From Candidatus Omnitrophota bacterium (GTDB taxonomy: Bacteria; Omnitrophota; Gorgyraeia; Gygaellales; Profunditerraquicolaceae): a stretch of DNA of 64,000 nucleotides. Within the stretch, counting starts at the first letter, position 1; each line of letters begins with the position of its first letter. The translations under genes and the position numbers were made by a program. Below, piece by piece: positions 18,890 through 27,877 of this stretch. The stretch covers positions 2,335 to 66,334 of the forward strand of contig JAGOOP010000007.1 of NCBI GenBank assembly GCA_017992455.1. The letters are read 5' to 3'. The notes under the pieces are model-generated. The model was not told the DNA's origin and ran no database searches. It saw only the letters and a list, made by a program, of their open reading frames with translations.

Positions 18890-19495
18890 TCAATCGATGA
18901 CGCCTTTGGTCGACGGAACGCCTTTTCTTCTCGGATCGATCTGCGTCGCCTGGTCGAGCGCGAGCCCTAAAGCCTTGAACACCGGCTCCAGGACGGCGTG
19001 GATATCGCGGTTCGGATATTCGATCCGGATGTTCAGATTCATGCCGAGATGCTTTGCCAATCCGTCGAAAAAATGCTCCGCGTATCCGAATCGATACCCT
19101 TCGGACGGAATGAATTTCGACGCGGCCATACTCGTTTTCATATCGAAGAAACCCCGGCCGTTAATATCAAGGACCGCTTTGCCCACGACTTCTTCCATGG
19201 GCACGCCCGCATAGCCGAAACGCCTGATGCCTTTTTTATCTCCGAGGGCATGCTTGAACGCCTGGCCGAGCACAATGCCGATATCTTCGTTGGTGTGATG
19301 GATATCCACTTTCAGATCGCCTCTGGCGCTGATCTCCAGGTCGAAAAATCCCCAGAAGGCGAACAATTCCAGCATATGATCGAGGAACCCTATGCCCGTA
19401 TCGATCTTGTTCTTCCCCGATCCGTCGATATTAAGCTTTACGGTGATATCGGTTTCCCGTGTCCTGCGCCTGACCGTTGCCTTCCTGTTCTTCAT
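18890..19495 (-). CDS. hisB: imidazoleglycerol-phosphate dehydratase
   Basis: RETDITVKLNIDGSG..., HHTNEDIGI and DIHAVLEPVFKALG motifs; 201 aa. Confidence 0.9.
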   Translation of the reverse strand: MKNRKATVRRRTRETDITVKLNIDGSGKNKIDTGIGFLDHMLELFAFWGFFDLEISARGDLKVDIHHTNEDIGIVLGQAFKHALGDKKGIRRFGYAGVPMEEVVGKAVLDINGRGFFDMKTSMAASKFIPSEGYRFGYAEHFFDGLAKHLGMNLNIRIEYPNRDIHAVLEPVFKALGLALDQATQIDPRRKGVPSTKGVID

Positions 19496-19507
19496 CGTTG
19501 TCTCCGA

Positions 19508-20737
19508 TCATTCGAACCGCACTTTTACGGACTGTAAATGTTCGCTCAACCCCTCGATACCCGCCACTTTCTCAAGCGGCCCCCTGATATTCTCAAGCGC
19601 TTTTTTCGAATAGCTGATCACGTGGTTGGTCTTGATAAAATCGCAGACCGACAGGCCCGAGAAGAACCGCGCCGTGCCGTTGGTGGGCAGGACATGGCTC
19701 GGGCCCGCGACATAATCGCCGACCGCGGTCGGGCTGTACGGCCCGAGGAATATCGCGCCGGCGTTCTTGATGAGCTTGACGATGCGCTGGGGGTTCTGCA
19801 CGAGGATCTCGAGATGCTCGGGCGCCACGCGGTTGCTGATCTCCGCGGCCTGCTCGAGGTTCTTGGTCAGGATGATGTATCCTTCGACGTTCGGAAGCTG
19901 CGCCCTGACGTTCTTTGCCAGTTCCCTTGAATTCGTGATGAGGATCGCCAGGCCGTGCGCATGCTCCGCCTGCGCTTTGAGGTCCGCAAGTATGAACTTG
20001 GGATCGGAAAAACGGTTGGCGATGATCACCAGTTCCGTCGGCCCCGCGATCATGTCGATATCGACGTACCCGAAGACCTGGCGCTTTGCCTCGCTCACAT
20101 AGATATTGCCCGGCCCGACGATCTTATCGACCCGCGGGATGGTCCTGGTGCCGAACGCAAGCGCGGCGATCCCCTGCGCGCCGCCGGCGCGGTATATCTC
20201 ATCGACCTTGAGCAGGTCAGCCACGACAAGGATATGCGGGTTGATGAAGCCGCTGCGATCAGGCGGGCTGATGAGCACGATCTTTTTCACGCCCGCGATC
20301 TTCGCCGGCAAGACCGACATATAGACCGTCGATACCAGGGGCGCAGTCCCGGCGGGGATATATACCCCGACCCGGTCGATGGGCGAATATATTTCCCCGA
20401 GCGCCATGCCGTCGGCGTCGCGCATCTTCCAGGACTTCCTGATGGTCTTGCGGTAGAACCGGTTGATGTTCTCGATGACGATCTTGAGGCTCGATACGAA
20501 ATGCGGGGTAATATTCTGGTATGCGCCGCTGATCTCCCGTTCGGTCACGCGCAGCTGTTTGGCGGTCAGCTTGACATGATCGAATTTGCGCGTGTATTTC
20601 AGCAGTGCATCGTCACCGAGCAGCCGCACGTCATCGACGATCTGCCTGACCTTATCCTCCACCCTGCGCGATTTGACAAACCCGCGGTTGTATATCTTCT
20701 CAAGCTGATTGGCCGAATTGGACCTGATGATCTTCAT
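19508..20737 (-). CDS. hisD: histidinol dehydrogenase
   Basis: 409 aa. AGPTELVIIA, QAEHA and GDYVAGPSHVLPT motifs. Confidence 0.9.
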   Translation of the reverse strand: MKIIRSNSANQLEKIYNRGFVKSRRVEDKVRQIVDDVRLLGDDALLKYTRKFDHVKLTAKQLRVTEREISGAYQNITPHFVSSLKIVIENINRFYRKTIRKSWKMRDADGMALGEIYSPIDRVGVYIPAGTAPLVSTVYMSVLPAKIAGVKKIVLISPPDRSGFINPHILVVADLLKVDEIYRAGGAQGIAALAFGTRTIPRVDKIVGPGNIYVSEAKRQVFGYVDIDMIAGPTELVIIANRFSDPKFILADLKAQAEHAHGLAILITNSRELAKNVRAQLPNVEGYIILTKNLEQAAEISNRVAPEHLEILVQNPQRIVKLIKNAGAIFLGPYSPTAVGDYVAGPSHVLPTNGTARFFSGLSVCDFIKTNHVISYSKKALENIRGPLEKVAGIEGLSEHLQSVKVRFE

Positions 20738-20750
20738 AAGAATACCTCTG

Positions 20751-23396
20751 CTACGCGATCACGTTTTTCAGTATCGCCTGTATCTTTTCAAACGCCGCTT
20801 CGATCCTGTCGGGCTGTGTACCGCCTGCCTGGGCAAAATCCTTCCTTCCGCCGCCGGACCCGCCGATCTCGGGCGCAACCTGCTTGATCATCGCCTGGGA
20901 ATCGATCGACGGGATGTTCGTCGCGATAATAAGATTCGCCCTGCCCTCGCCGCCTGACCCCAGGGCAATGACGACCCGTTGTTCCTTCTGCTTTATCAGA
21001 TCGGCGGCCTTGCGCAAAATATCCATATCGGCGCCCTGCAGCCGCTCCATGATGACCTTCACGCCTTTGATATCAGCCGCCCGGGCGATCAACCGGTCGA
21101 TATCGGCCGCCACGGACTGCAGCCGCTGGCTCGCCAGCTGCTTTTCCATGTCTTTGATGGTCTTGAGCCGCTTCTCGAGTTCGGAAACAGCCTTGTCAAC
21201 AGGAGCGCGCAAGGCCTGCGCCACGGCGCTCATTGCTTCCTGTTCCTCTTTCATGAGCCGATATGCGGTGCTGCCCGTTGCTGCCTCTATCCTGCGCACC
21301 CCGCTGGCAACCGAACTCTCGTGCAAAATTTTGAACAGCCCGATGAACCCGGTCTGGTCAAGATGCGTTCCGCCGCAGAACTCTTTCGAAACGCCTTCGA
21401 CGGAAACGACGCGCACCGTATCTTCGTATTTTTCAGCGAAGAACGCGAGCGCCCCTTGTTTACGCGCCTCCTCCAGCGACATCTCTCTTTTGGAAACCTG
21501 AAGGTTCCCGATCACCAATCCGTTGACGATCTCTTCGATCCGGTCCAGTTCCGGCTGGCTGACCTGCTTGAAATGCGTGAAATCGAACCGCAGTCGGTCG
21601 ACGCCGACCCACGATCCCTGCTGCTGCACATGGTCGCCGAGGACTTTGCGCAGGGCCGCCTGAAGCAGATGCGTTGCGGTATGATTGCGCGCGATCGAAA
21701 GCCTGCGTTGGACATCGACCTGTACTTGAGCCGGATCGCCGCTGTTGATCGTCCCTTCTTTGACTGTGCCGACGTGCAAAAAAACTTTCTCGAATTTCCG
21801 GGTATCCGCCACTTCGAACACGCCGGTCGCGGTCCTGATGAACCCCGTATCTCCGACCTGGCCGCCTGATTCCGCATAGAACACAGACGAATCAAGAATG
21901 AGCTTGGCTTCTTCTCCGGTCTGTATCCGGTCTGTTTCCTGCCCGTCCCTGAGTATCTTGATGATCTTTGCATCACCCGACACAGTTTCATATCCGGTAA
22001 AGACGGTCGCGGCAACATCCTTCAGGTGCGCTTCCTTCAGGTTGAACACGTCGCCCTGCATTGCGCTCTGCGCCTTGGACCGCTCTTTCTGCTGACCGAG
22101 CTCCTGATCATAAGCTTTTTGTGAAAACATTATCTTCTTCGTATTCAACCAACTAGCTGTCAAATCAACAGGTATCCCATGAGTATCATATAATTGAAAA
22201 GCAATTTTACCTGCTAAATCAGGATTTTGATTACGTTCAAATCCAGCAAATTTATCTTTGAGCAACTGAGTGCTAGTTTTTAAGGTCGCAATGAAGCTTT
22301 TCTCTTCAGCTAAAATAACGTCTGCAATATTTTCTTGCCTACGCACTAAATCAGGATATGGCACTTTCATTACTTGCGCAACAATAGGAACTAATTTATT
22401 CAAAAATGGTTCTTGCTGTGTTTTCCAGAGGCTAAAAATACATTTACGTATTAATTTTCTGATAACGTAACCACGGCCCTCGTTAGATGGTAAAACACCA
22501 TCATATATAGAAAAAGTTACGGCTCGCATATGATCCGCAATCGAATATATAACTGTATTGCTATAGAATGGTTTCCTTGCATCTACATCTTCAAGCTTAA
22601 GAACATATTCTTCAGATATCTGTCTGATCTCCTTGATTATGGGCTGGAACAGGTCTGTCTCGAAGTTGTTCGTGACGCCCTGCATGACCGCGGTGATGCG
22701 TTCAAGGCCCATGCCCGTATCGATATTTTTCTGGGGCAGGGGCTCGAGCACGCCGCCGTCCTTGCGGTTGAACTGCGTGAACACCAGGTTCCATATCTCG
22801 ATGAACCTGCCGCACGAGCATGCAGGCGAGCAGTCCGGTTTCTTACATCCGACCGACGGCCCGAGGTCTATGAATATCTCCGAGCAAGGGCCGCACGGGC
22901 CGTTGGGGCCGTTCTCCTTCGCGTCGGCAGGCCAGAAATTCTCGTGATCCCCGAGCCGGACGATCTTCGCCGCGGGGAATTTAACGTCATTCTTCCAGAT
23001 ATCGTACGCCTCATCGTCGTCCTTATACACCGAGACCCATAACCGCTCGGGAGCGATCGCAAGCTCCTGGGTCAGGAATTCCCATGCCCAGGCGATCGCC
23101 TCCTTCTTGAAATAATCCCCGAACGAGAAATTCCCGAGCATTTCGAAGAACGTGTGATGGCAGTCGGTCTTGCCGACTTTATCAAGGTCGTCGGTGCGCA
23201 GGCAGCGCTGAGAGCTCGCGGCGCGGGTAAAATCGGTGATCATTCCGAGGAACTGCTTCTTGAACTGGTTCATGCCCGCGGGAGTGAACAGGACCGTCGG
23301 GTCGTCCTTGGGCACCAGGGAGTCGCTTTCGGCTACTTTATGGCCTTTTGATCTGAAGAACTGCAGATATTTTTCGCGCAGTATGTCAGCTTTCAT
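20751..23396 (-). CDS. alaS: alanine--tRNA ligase
   Basis: 881 aa. FTPAGMNQFK, class II core, editing-domain HTATHLL and C-terminal DHHA1-like GGGRKDFAQAGG. Confidence 0.95.
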   Translation of the reverse strand: MKADILREKYLQFFRSKGHKVAESDSLVPKDDPTVLFTPAGMNQFKKQFLGMITDFTRAASSQRCLRTDDLDKVGKTDCHHTFFEMLGNFSFGDYFKKEAIAWAWEFLTQELAIAPERLWVSVYKDDDEAYDIWKNDVKFPAAKIVRLGDHENFWPADAKENGPNGPCGPCSEIFIDLGPSVGCKKPDCSPACSCGRFIEIWNLVFTQFNRKDGGVLEPLPQKNIDTGMGLERITAVMQGVTNNFETDLFQPIIKEIRQISEEYVLKLEDVDARKPFYSNTVIYSIADHMRAVTFSIYDGVLPSNEGRGYVIRKLIRKCIFSLWKTQQEPFLNKLVPIVAQVMKVPYPDLVRRQENIADVILAEEKSFIATLKTSTQLLKDKFAGFERNQNPDLAGKIAFQLYDTHGIPVDLTASWLNTKKIMFSQKAYDQELGQQKERSKAQSAMQGDVFNLKEAHLKDVAATVFTGYETVSGDAKIIKILRDGQETDRIQTGEEAKLILDSSVFYAESGGQVGDTGFIRTATGVFEVADTRKFEKVFLHVGTVKEGTINSGDPAQVQVDVQRRLSIARNHTATHLLQAALRKVLGDHVQQQGSWVGVDRLRFDFTHFKQVSQPELDRIEEIVNGLVIGNLQVSKREMSLEEARKQGALAFFAEKYEDTVRVVSVEGVSKEFCGGTHLDQTGFIGLFKILHESSVASGVRRIEAATGSTAYRLMKEEQEAMSAVAQALRAPVDKAVSELEKRLKTIKDMEKQLASQRLQSVAADIDRLIARAADIKGVKVIMERLQGADMDILRKAADLIKQKEQRVVIALGSGGEGRANLIIATNIPSIDSQAMIKQVAPEIGGSGGGRKDFAQAGGTQPDRIEAAFEKIQAILKNVIA
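22108..22640 (-). other. AT-rich in-frame mosaic segment inside alaS
   Basis: Hand count gives 20/60 G+C at 22141-22200, against 34/60 at 22681-22740. The segment still encodes conserved AlaRS sequence (ADHMRAVTFSIYDGVLPSNEGRGYVIRKLIRK). Confidence 0.7.
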
Positions 23397-23892
23397 CTTT
23401 CAGTATTTGATTGAGATTATCGGCGATCGCGTCCGAAGAGAACCCTCTGCGGAAAAGGAACGCGTACAACCGTTGTTTCGTTTTCCGGATATCAAGTCCC
23501 TTGAGGGACCGGAGTTTGCGGCTGATCAGGCTGCGCACGACCTCATCTTCGTTATACCCTTCTCTGACAGCCTCGACCGATCCCTCGATGAGCGCCGGCT
23601 TGATGCCTTTCTGCCGCAGTTCGTTCTTTATCCTGCGTATCCCGATCGAACGCTTGAGCCTGCTGTCAAGCCACGCCCGGCTGAACAGGCTGTCGTCTAT
23701 GAACTTCTTTTCCTTCAGGAACCTCATCGTCGAATCGATGACGGCCGGAGGAAATTTCTTTTGCTTCATGCGGCCGCACAATTCCTGTTCGGAACGAAGC
23801 CTGAATTTAAGCAGCAAAAAGGCGTACTCCCGCGCTTTTTCTTCAAGCCCGGCGCTACTTTGCTTTTTCACTCTTCTCTTTGAGGATGACAT
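23386..23892 (-). CDS. recX: recombination regulator RecX
   Basis: 168 aa of three-helix repeats typical of RecX (LLKFRLRSEQELCGRMKQKKF...IDDSLFSRAWL...). Lies in a recA...recX-alaS context. Overlaps the htrA 3' end by 38 nt and the alaS 5' end by 11 nt. Confidence 0.8.
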   Translation of the reverse strand: MSSSKRRVKKQSSAGLEEKAREYAFLLLKFRLRSEQELCGRMKQKKFPPAVIDSTMRFLKEKKFIDDSLFSRAWLDSRLKRSIGIRRIKNELRQKGIKPALIEGSVEAVREGYNEDEVVRSLISRKLRSLKGLDIRKTKQRLYAFLFRRGFSSDAIADNLNQILKDES

Positions 23893-25282
23893 AGCCCCGG
23901 GATACGCCGACCAATACGTCCCCGCGAAGGTTCCGCGTGGCCTTGCGATACGCAGCCATACCGGTAACGGGGATCCTGTTGATCTCCTGGATCACATCGC
24001 CGGGAGTGATGCCTGCGGCATCGGCAGGGCTGTCCGGCTCAACTGCAACAACGACAAGCCCGTTCTTATCTTCCCTGACCGTCATGCCGCGCCAGCTGTC
24101 AGCCGCTCCGGCCGATTCCACAGCGGCCTGCTCGGCAGGCTCTGCGGAGCGCGTGCCGATCTCCACGGTAACAAGCTCGGTTTTTTTATCGCGGAACACT
24201 TCGATCGGAACTTTCCTGCCCACCTCGCTGCGGCCGACCATCTGCAAAAGAGATCTGACATCTTTGACCGGTTCGTTGCCGAACTTCAATATGATATCCC
24301 CGTCCTTGAGGCCGCCTTTCTGGCCGGGAGAACCTTCAAGCACTTTGGCGATCAATACGCCTTTTTTATCCGCAAGGCCGAAATATCGCGCCAGGTCGTC
24401 GTTCAACTCCTGGATGCTCACGCCCAGCCACCCGTATTCGATCTTCTGCCCTTCGATAAGCCTTGATATGATGCGCTTGGCGCTGTTGACCGGGATGGCA
24501 AAACCGATGCCCTGGTTGCCGCCGGTTGTGGAAAAGATCGCTACATTGATGCCGACTACATTGCCTTTGAGATCGACGAGCGGACCGCCGGAATTCCCGG
24601 GATTGATCGCCGCATCGGTCTGGATCAGATCGTTATAATCCCGGTCTGCCGCAAGAGCAGTGCCGAGCGTGCGGTGAAGCGCGCTTACCACCCCGACCGT
24701 AACCGTCGGCTCCGGATTCTGCATGGCGAATCCGAACGGGTTTCCGATGGCCATGACCCACTGGCCGATCTTCAGGCTGTCGGAATCGCCCAGCCGCGCC
24801 ACCGGAAGGTTATCCGCGGCTATCTTGATGACCGCCAGGTCAGCGCGCGGATCAGCGCCCTTGACCTCTCCGGGAAACTGCCTGCCGTCAGGCAGGATCA
24901 CGGTGAGCTTATCCGCTCCTTCAACCACATGCTGATTGGTAAGGATATACCCCTGCGCGTCGATGATGACGCCGGAGCCGAGCCCGTTCCTGCGGAATTC
25001 GCGTTCAGGCGCGGAGCCGAAATATTGATCGAAGAACCTGCGCAGCATATCGTCGTCAGCGCCCGGGCCGTAGTAATAATACCTGCGCGCCGCCGGTATC
25101 CTGGTCACATGTTCCGCAGATATGGATACCACCGCCTTGCCGGTCGTTTGGGCAACCGACACGGTCGCCTGGTCCAGAGCAGCCAACGGCGCCTGATCAT
25201 CCTGAGCCGCGACAGCCGATGCCGAAAACGCCAGAACGACGGCTAATCCGACAATCCCGGCGATTATTCTTGTTGTCTTCAT
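23855..25282 (-). CDS. htrA: periplasmic serine endoprotease, HtrA/DegP family, two PDZ domains
   Basis: Signal peptide present. Catalytic His in TNQHVV and catalytic Ser in GNSGGPLVD, then two PDZ-like regions. The ATG at 25282 is preceded by GGGGTGGA. An alternative ATG at 25297 abuts the recA stop. Confidence 0.85.
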   Translation of the reverse strand: MKTTRIIAGIVGLAVVLAFSASAVAAQDDQAPLAALDQATVSVAQTTGKAVVSISAEHVTRIPAARRYYYYGPGADDDMLRRFFDQYFGSAPEREFRRNGLGSGVIIDAQGYILTNQHVVEGADKLTVILPDGRQFPGEVKGADPRADLAVIKIAADNLPVARLGDSDSLKIGQWVMAIGNPFGFAMQNPEPTVTVGVVSALHRTLGTALAADRDYNDLIQTDAAINPGNSGGPLVDLKGNVVGINVAIFSTTGGNQGIGFAIPVNSAKRIISRLIEGQKIEYGWLGVSIQELNDDLARYFGLADKKGVLIAKVLEGSPGQKGGLKDGDIILKFGNEPVKDVRSLLQMVGRSEVGRKVPIEVFRDKKTELVTVEIGTRSAEPAEQAAVESAGAADSWRGMTVREDKNGLVVVAVEPDSPADAAGITPGDVIQEINRIPVTGMAAYRKATRNLRGDVLVGVSRGYVILKEKSEKAK

Positions 25283-25297
25283 ATGTCCACCCCGCAT

Positions 25298-26371
25298 TTA
25301 CATCCCTGCGACGATCTTTTTCCTGATCTCTTTTTCTATATCGTCGGACAGTTTCTGGTTTTCCCGCAGCGCGTTGATCGCTGCCTCCCTGCCCTGGCCG
25401 ATCTTTTCGTTGTTATACGACATCCACGTGCCTGATTTCTGGATCACCTCGAGGTTCACGCCTGCGTCGATGATGCTTCCTGCCTTATTGATGCCCTGGT
25501 CATGAAGGATATCGAACTCAGCCTCGCGGAACGGCGGCGCGACCTTGTTCTTGACGACCCTGACCCTCACATGGCCGCCGACAACCGCGTCCGCGACCTT
25601 GATGGATGCTATTCTGCGCACGTCAAGCCGCACCGAGGAATAGAATTTGAGCGCGCGGCCGCCGGGAGTCGTCTCGGGATTGCCGAACATGACGCCGATC
25701 TTTTCGCGCAGCTGGTTGATGAATATGACGCACGCGCGCGATTTTGAGATCGCGGCGGTCAGTTTCCTCAGCGCCTGGGACATAAGCCGCGCCTGAAGGC
25801 CCACATGCGAGTCGCCCATCTCTCCTTCGATCTCGGCGCGCGGGGTCAGGGCCGCAACGGAATCGATCACGATAAGGTCAACGGCATTGGACCGGACAAG
25901 GGTCTCGGCGATCTCAAGCGCCTGTTCGCCCGTATCCGGCTGGGAAATAAGCAGTTCGTCGAGGTTGAGCCCGATCTTTTTGGCATAGGTCGCGTCAAAC
26001 GCGTGCTCCGCATCGATGAACGCGGCGACCCCGCCTTTCTTCTGCATTTCCCTGATCGCCGTCAGCGTCAAAGTCGTTTTTCCGGATGCCTCGGGCCCGA
26101 ATATCTCAACAACCCTGCCGCGCGGCAGTCCGCCCGTGCCTAACGCGTAGTCAAGGGTCAGCGATCCTGTCGGGATCACTTCCACATCGACTTTTACCTT
26201 CTGGCCAAGCTTCATGATCGAGCCCTTGCCGAACTGCTTCTCTATATGGGACAGGGCAAGATCAAGCGCTTTCTGGCGTTCGGAACTGTCCTTCGCCGTA
26301 TCTTTTGTCACGTCTCTGGCCTGGACTTCTTTCTGCGCTTCTTTATGCGATTCCTTCTTTTCGAGTGCCAT
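25298..26371 (-). CDS. recA: recombinase RecA
   Basis: [12 protein letters not shown] Walker [10 protein letters not shown] and [27 protein letters not shown] lies 8 nt upstream of the ATG. Confidence 0.97.
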   Translation of the reverse strand: MALEKKESHKEAQKEVQARDVTKDTAKDSSERQKALDLALSHIEKQFGKGSIMKLGQKVKVDVEVIPTGSLTLDYALGTGGLPRGRVVEIFGPEASGKTTLTLTAIREMQKKGGVAAFIDAEHAFDATYAKKIGLNLDELLISQPDTGEQALEIAETLVRSNAVDLIVIDSVAALTPRAEIEGEMGDSHVGLQARLMSQALRKLTAAISKSRACVIFINQLREKIGVMFGNPETTPGGRALKFYSSVRLDVRRIASIKVADAVVGGHVRVRVVKNKVAPPFREAEFDILHDQGINKAGSIIDAGVNLEVIQKSGTWMSYNNEKIGQGREAAINALRENQKLSDDIEKEIRKKIVAGM

Positions 26372-26418
26372 AAAAGCCTCCGTAAATAGAGTTAAAAAGC
26401 ATTGGAAATTAGAGAATT

Positions 26419-26447
26419 ATTATATAGTACCCGCATGGACGTGTCAA
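26419..26447 (-). promoter_or_regulatory. sigma70-type promoter upstream of recA
   Basis: On the minus strand: TTGACA (26447-26442), a 17-nt spacer, then TATAAT (24-19). This sits ~45 nt upstream of the recA ATG. Sequence match only. Confidence 0.5.
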
Positions 26448-26574
26448 CCGAATTGTCCTGCCTGATCATGATCCTCCTTTCTCAGGCCCATGCCGCCCTA
26501 CTATAATAGACACATCGTTGACGGATATCTCACTCTTTTATTTTCTGCCGGGCCGGTCCGGAACCCATATGGGG

Positions 26575-26603
26575 TTGACACGGCCTGGTAAATATGCTAT
26601 ATA
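26575..26603 (+). promoter_or_regulatory. sigma70-type promoter of the GAF-GGDEF gene (implies a leaderless or near-leaderless mRNA)
   Basis: TTGACA (26575-26580), a 17-nt spacer, TATATA (26598-26603), then only 9 nt before the ATG at 26613. No Shine-Dalgarno. Confidence 0.45.
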
Positions 26604-26612
26604 TTAATATCT

Positions 26613-27776
26613 ATGGAAGAACTCACCTCGATCAAGCAGGAGCTCGAACGCACCAAATCAGAGCTCGCCATCCTCTACGAAATCTCCAATGCAATGCGCA
26701 CCACTCTCAAGCTGGATGAGATCCTCTATATCATCCTGACCGGGGTGACGGCGCATATCGGCCTTGGATTCAACCGGGCGGTTTTGTTCCTTTTTAATGA
26801 AAAAGAGGGCCTTGTCGAAGGCAAGATGGCCATCGGCCCGGAAACAGGCGAAGACGCCAACCGGGTATGGAAGTATGTGGAACAGGAAAAGATGGACATG
26901 GAGGACCTGATAAACGCCTACAAAGTATCGGGCCACATCCAGCAGTCAGCGTTCAACCGGCAGGTCCAGCGGTTCAGGATCCCCATGCAGGAGCAGAAGG
27001 ACAACCTATTCTCTATCGTGGTGCTCGAAGGCATGCCCCTGCATCTGACCAAGGAAACGATCAGCCATTACAGTAACGACGCGGTCATCAAAATGCTTAA
27101 GTCCGAGGAACTCGTCATCGTGCCGCTGAAAGCCAAAGACAAAGTCAACGGGATCATCCTCGCGGATAACTTTATCACGAAAAAACCGATCACCAAGGAC
27201 GACCTGCGCATGCTCATCATGTTATCGAACCAGGCAGGCCTTGCGATCGAAAATTCCCAGCTCTACGAAAAAACCGTCATCAGCACGCATCAGGATTCGT
27301 TGACGGAACTATGGAACCACGGATATTTTCAGCATTTGCTTGCGGTCGAGCTTGAAAGAGCAAAAGCGACATCCAATCCTTTGAGCCTGGTCATGCTCGA
27401 TATCGATGATTTCAAGGTCTATAACGATACGCTCGGCCATCAGGAAGGAGATAAGATCCTCAAGGACATGGCGTCAATGCTCAAGAACCATTCGCGCAAG
27501 ATGGATTTCGTTTGCCGCTACGGCGGGGAAGAATTCGCGATCATACTGCCCTATACGGATAAAAAAGAAGCGTATATGATTGCCGAGCGCATGCGGGAGA
27601 ATATCGCCAAAACGCCCTTCCTGAACCAGGAAGTCCTGCCCAATAAAGTGCTGACGGTCAGCATCGGCGTTTCGACCTTCCCTGAAAACGCAGGCACGGC
27701 GGCCGAGCTTATCGCATACTCCGACAAAGCCCTGTACGAAGCGAAGAAAAAAGGCAAGAACGCCACCTGCGATTAA
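26613..27776 (+). CDS. GAF domain-containing diguanylate cyclase
   Basis: N-terminal coiled segment, then a GAF domain (...IVPLKAKDKVNGIILADN...). The GGDEF domain has an active GGEEF and an I-site RKMD five residues upstream. Confidence 0.85.
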   Translation: MEELTSIKQELERTKSELAILYEISNAMRTTLKLDEILYIILTGVTAHIGLGFNRAVLFLFNEKEGLVEGKMAIGPETGEDANRVWKYVEQEKMDMEDLINAYKVSGHIQQSAFNRQVQRFRIPMQEQKDNLFSIVVLEGMPLHLTKETISHYSNDAVIKMLKSEELVIVPLKAKDKVNGIILADNFITKKPITKDDLRMLIMLSNQAGLAIENSQLYEKTVISTHQDSLTELWNHGYFQHLLAVELERAKATSNPLSLVMLDIDDFKVYNDTLGHQEGDKILKDMASMLKNHSRKMDFVCRYGGEEFAIILPYTDKKEAYMIAERMRENIAKTPFLNQEVLPNKVLTVSIGVSTFPENAGTAAELIAYSDKALYEAKKKGKNATCD

Positions 27777-27782
27777 GAAACG

Positions 27783-27866
27783 GGGCTTAAAAAACGGGGT
27801 CAGAATTATTTATTCCCCATCTTCCATATGAGAGGGAATAAATAATTCTGACCCCGTTTTTAGCCC
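27783..27866. repeat. repeat family A palindrome between convergent genes (likely bidirectional terminator)
   Basis: Left arm GGGCTTAAAAAACGGGGTCAGAATTATTTATTCCC and right arm GGGAATAAATAATTCTGACCCCGTTTTTAGCCC. Sits between the GGDEF stop (27776) and the smc stop (27878). Confidence 0.85.
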
Positions 27867-27877
27867 TTTATTTTTTG

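Noticed and set aside
22108-22640. The AT-rich block in alaS as an intein, IS element or intron
   Set aside because: It is in frame and encodes conserved AlaRS residues that are needed, not extra. The gene length (881 aa) is normal. It is therefore interpreted as a mosaic segment instead.
20979-24466. Several 170-350-aa plus-strand ORFs opposite alaS, recX and htrA (for example 20979..21869 and 23411..24466)
   Set aside because: These are antisense to strongly supported genes. They have biased composition, no motifs and no RBS.
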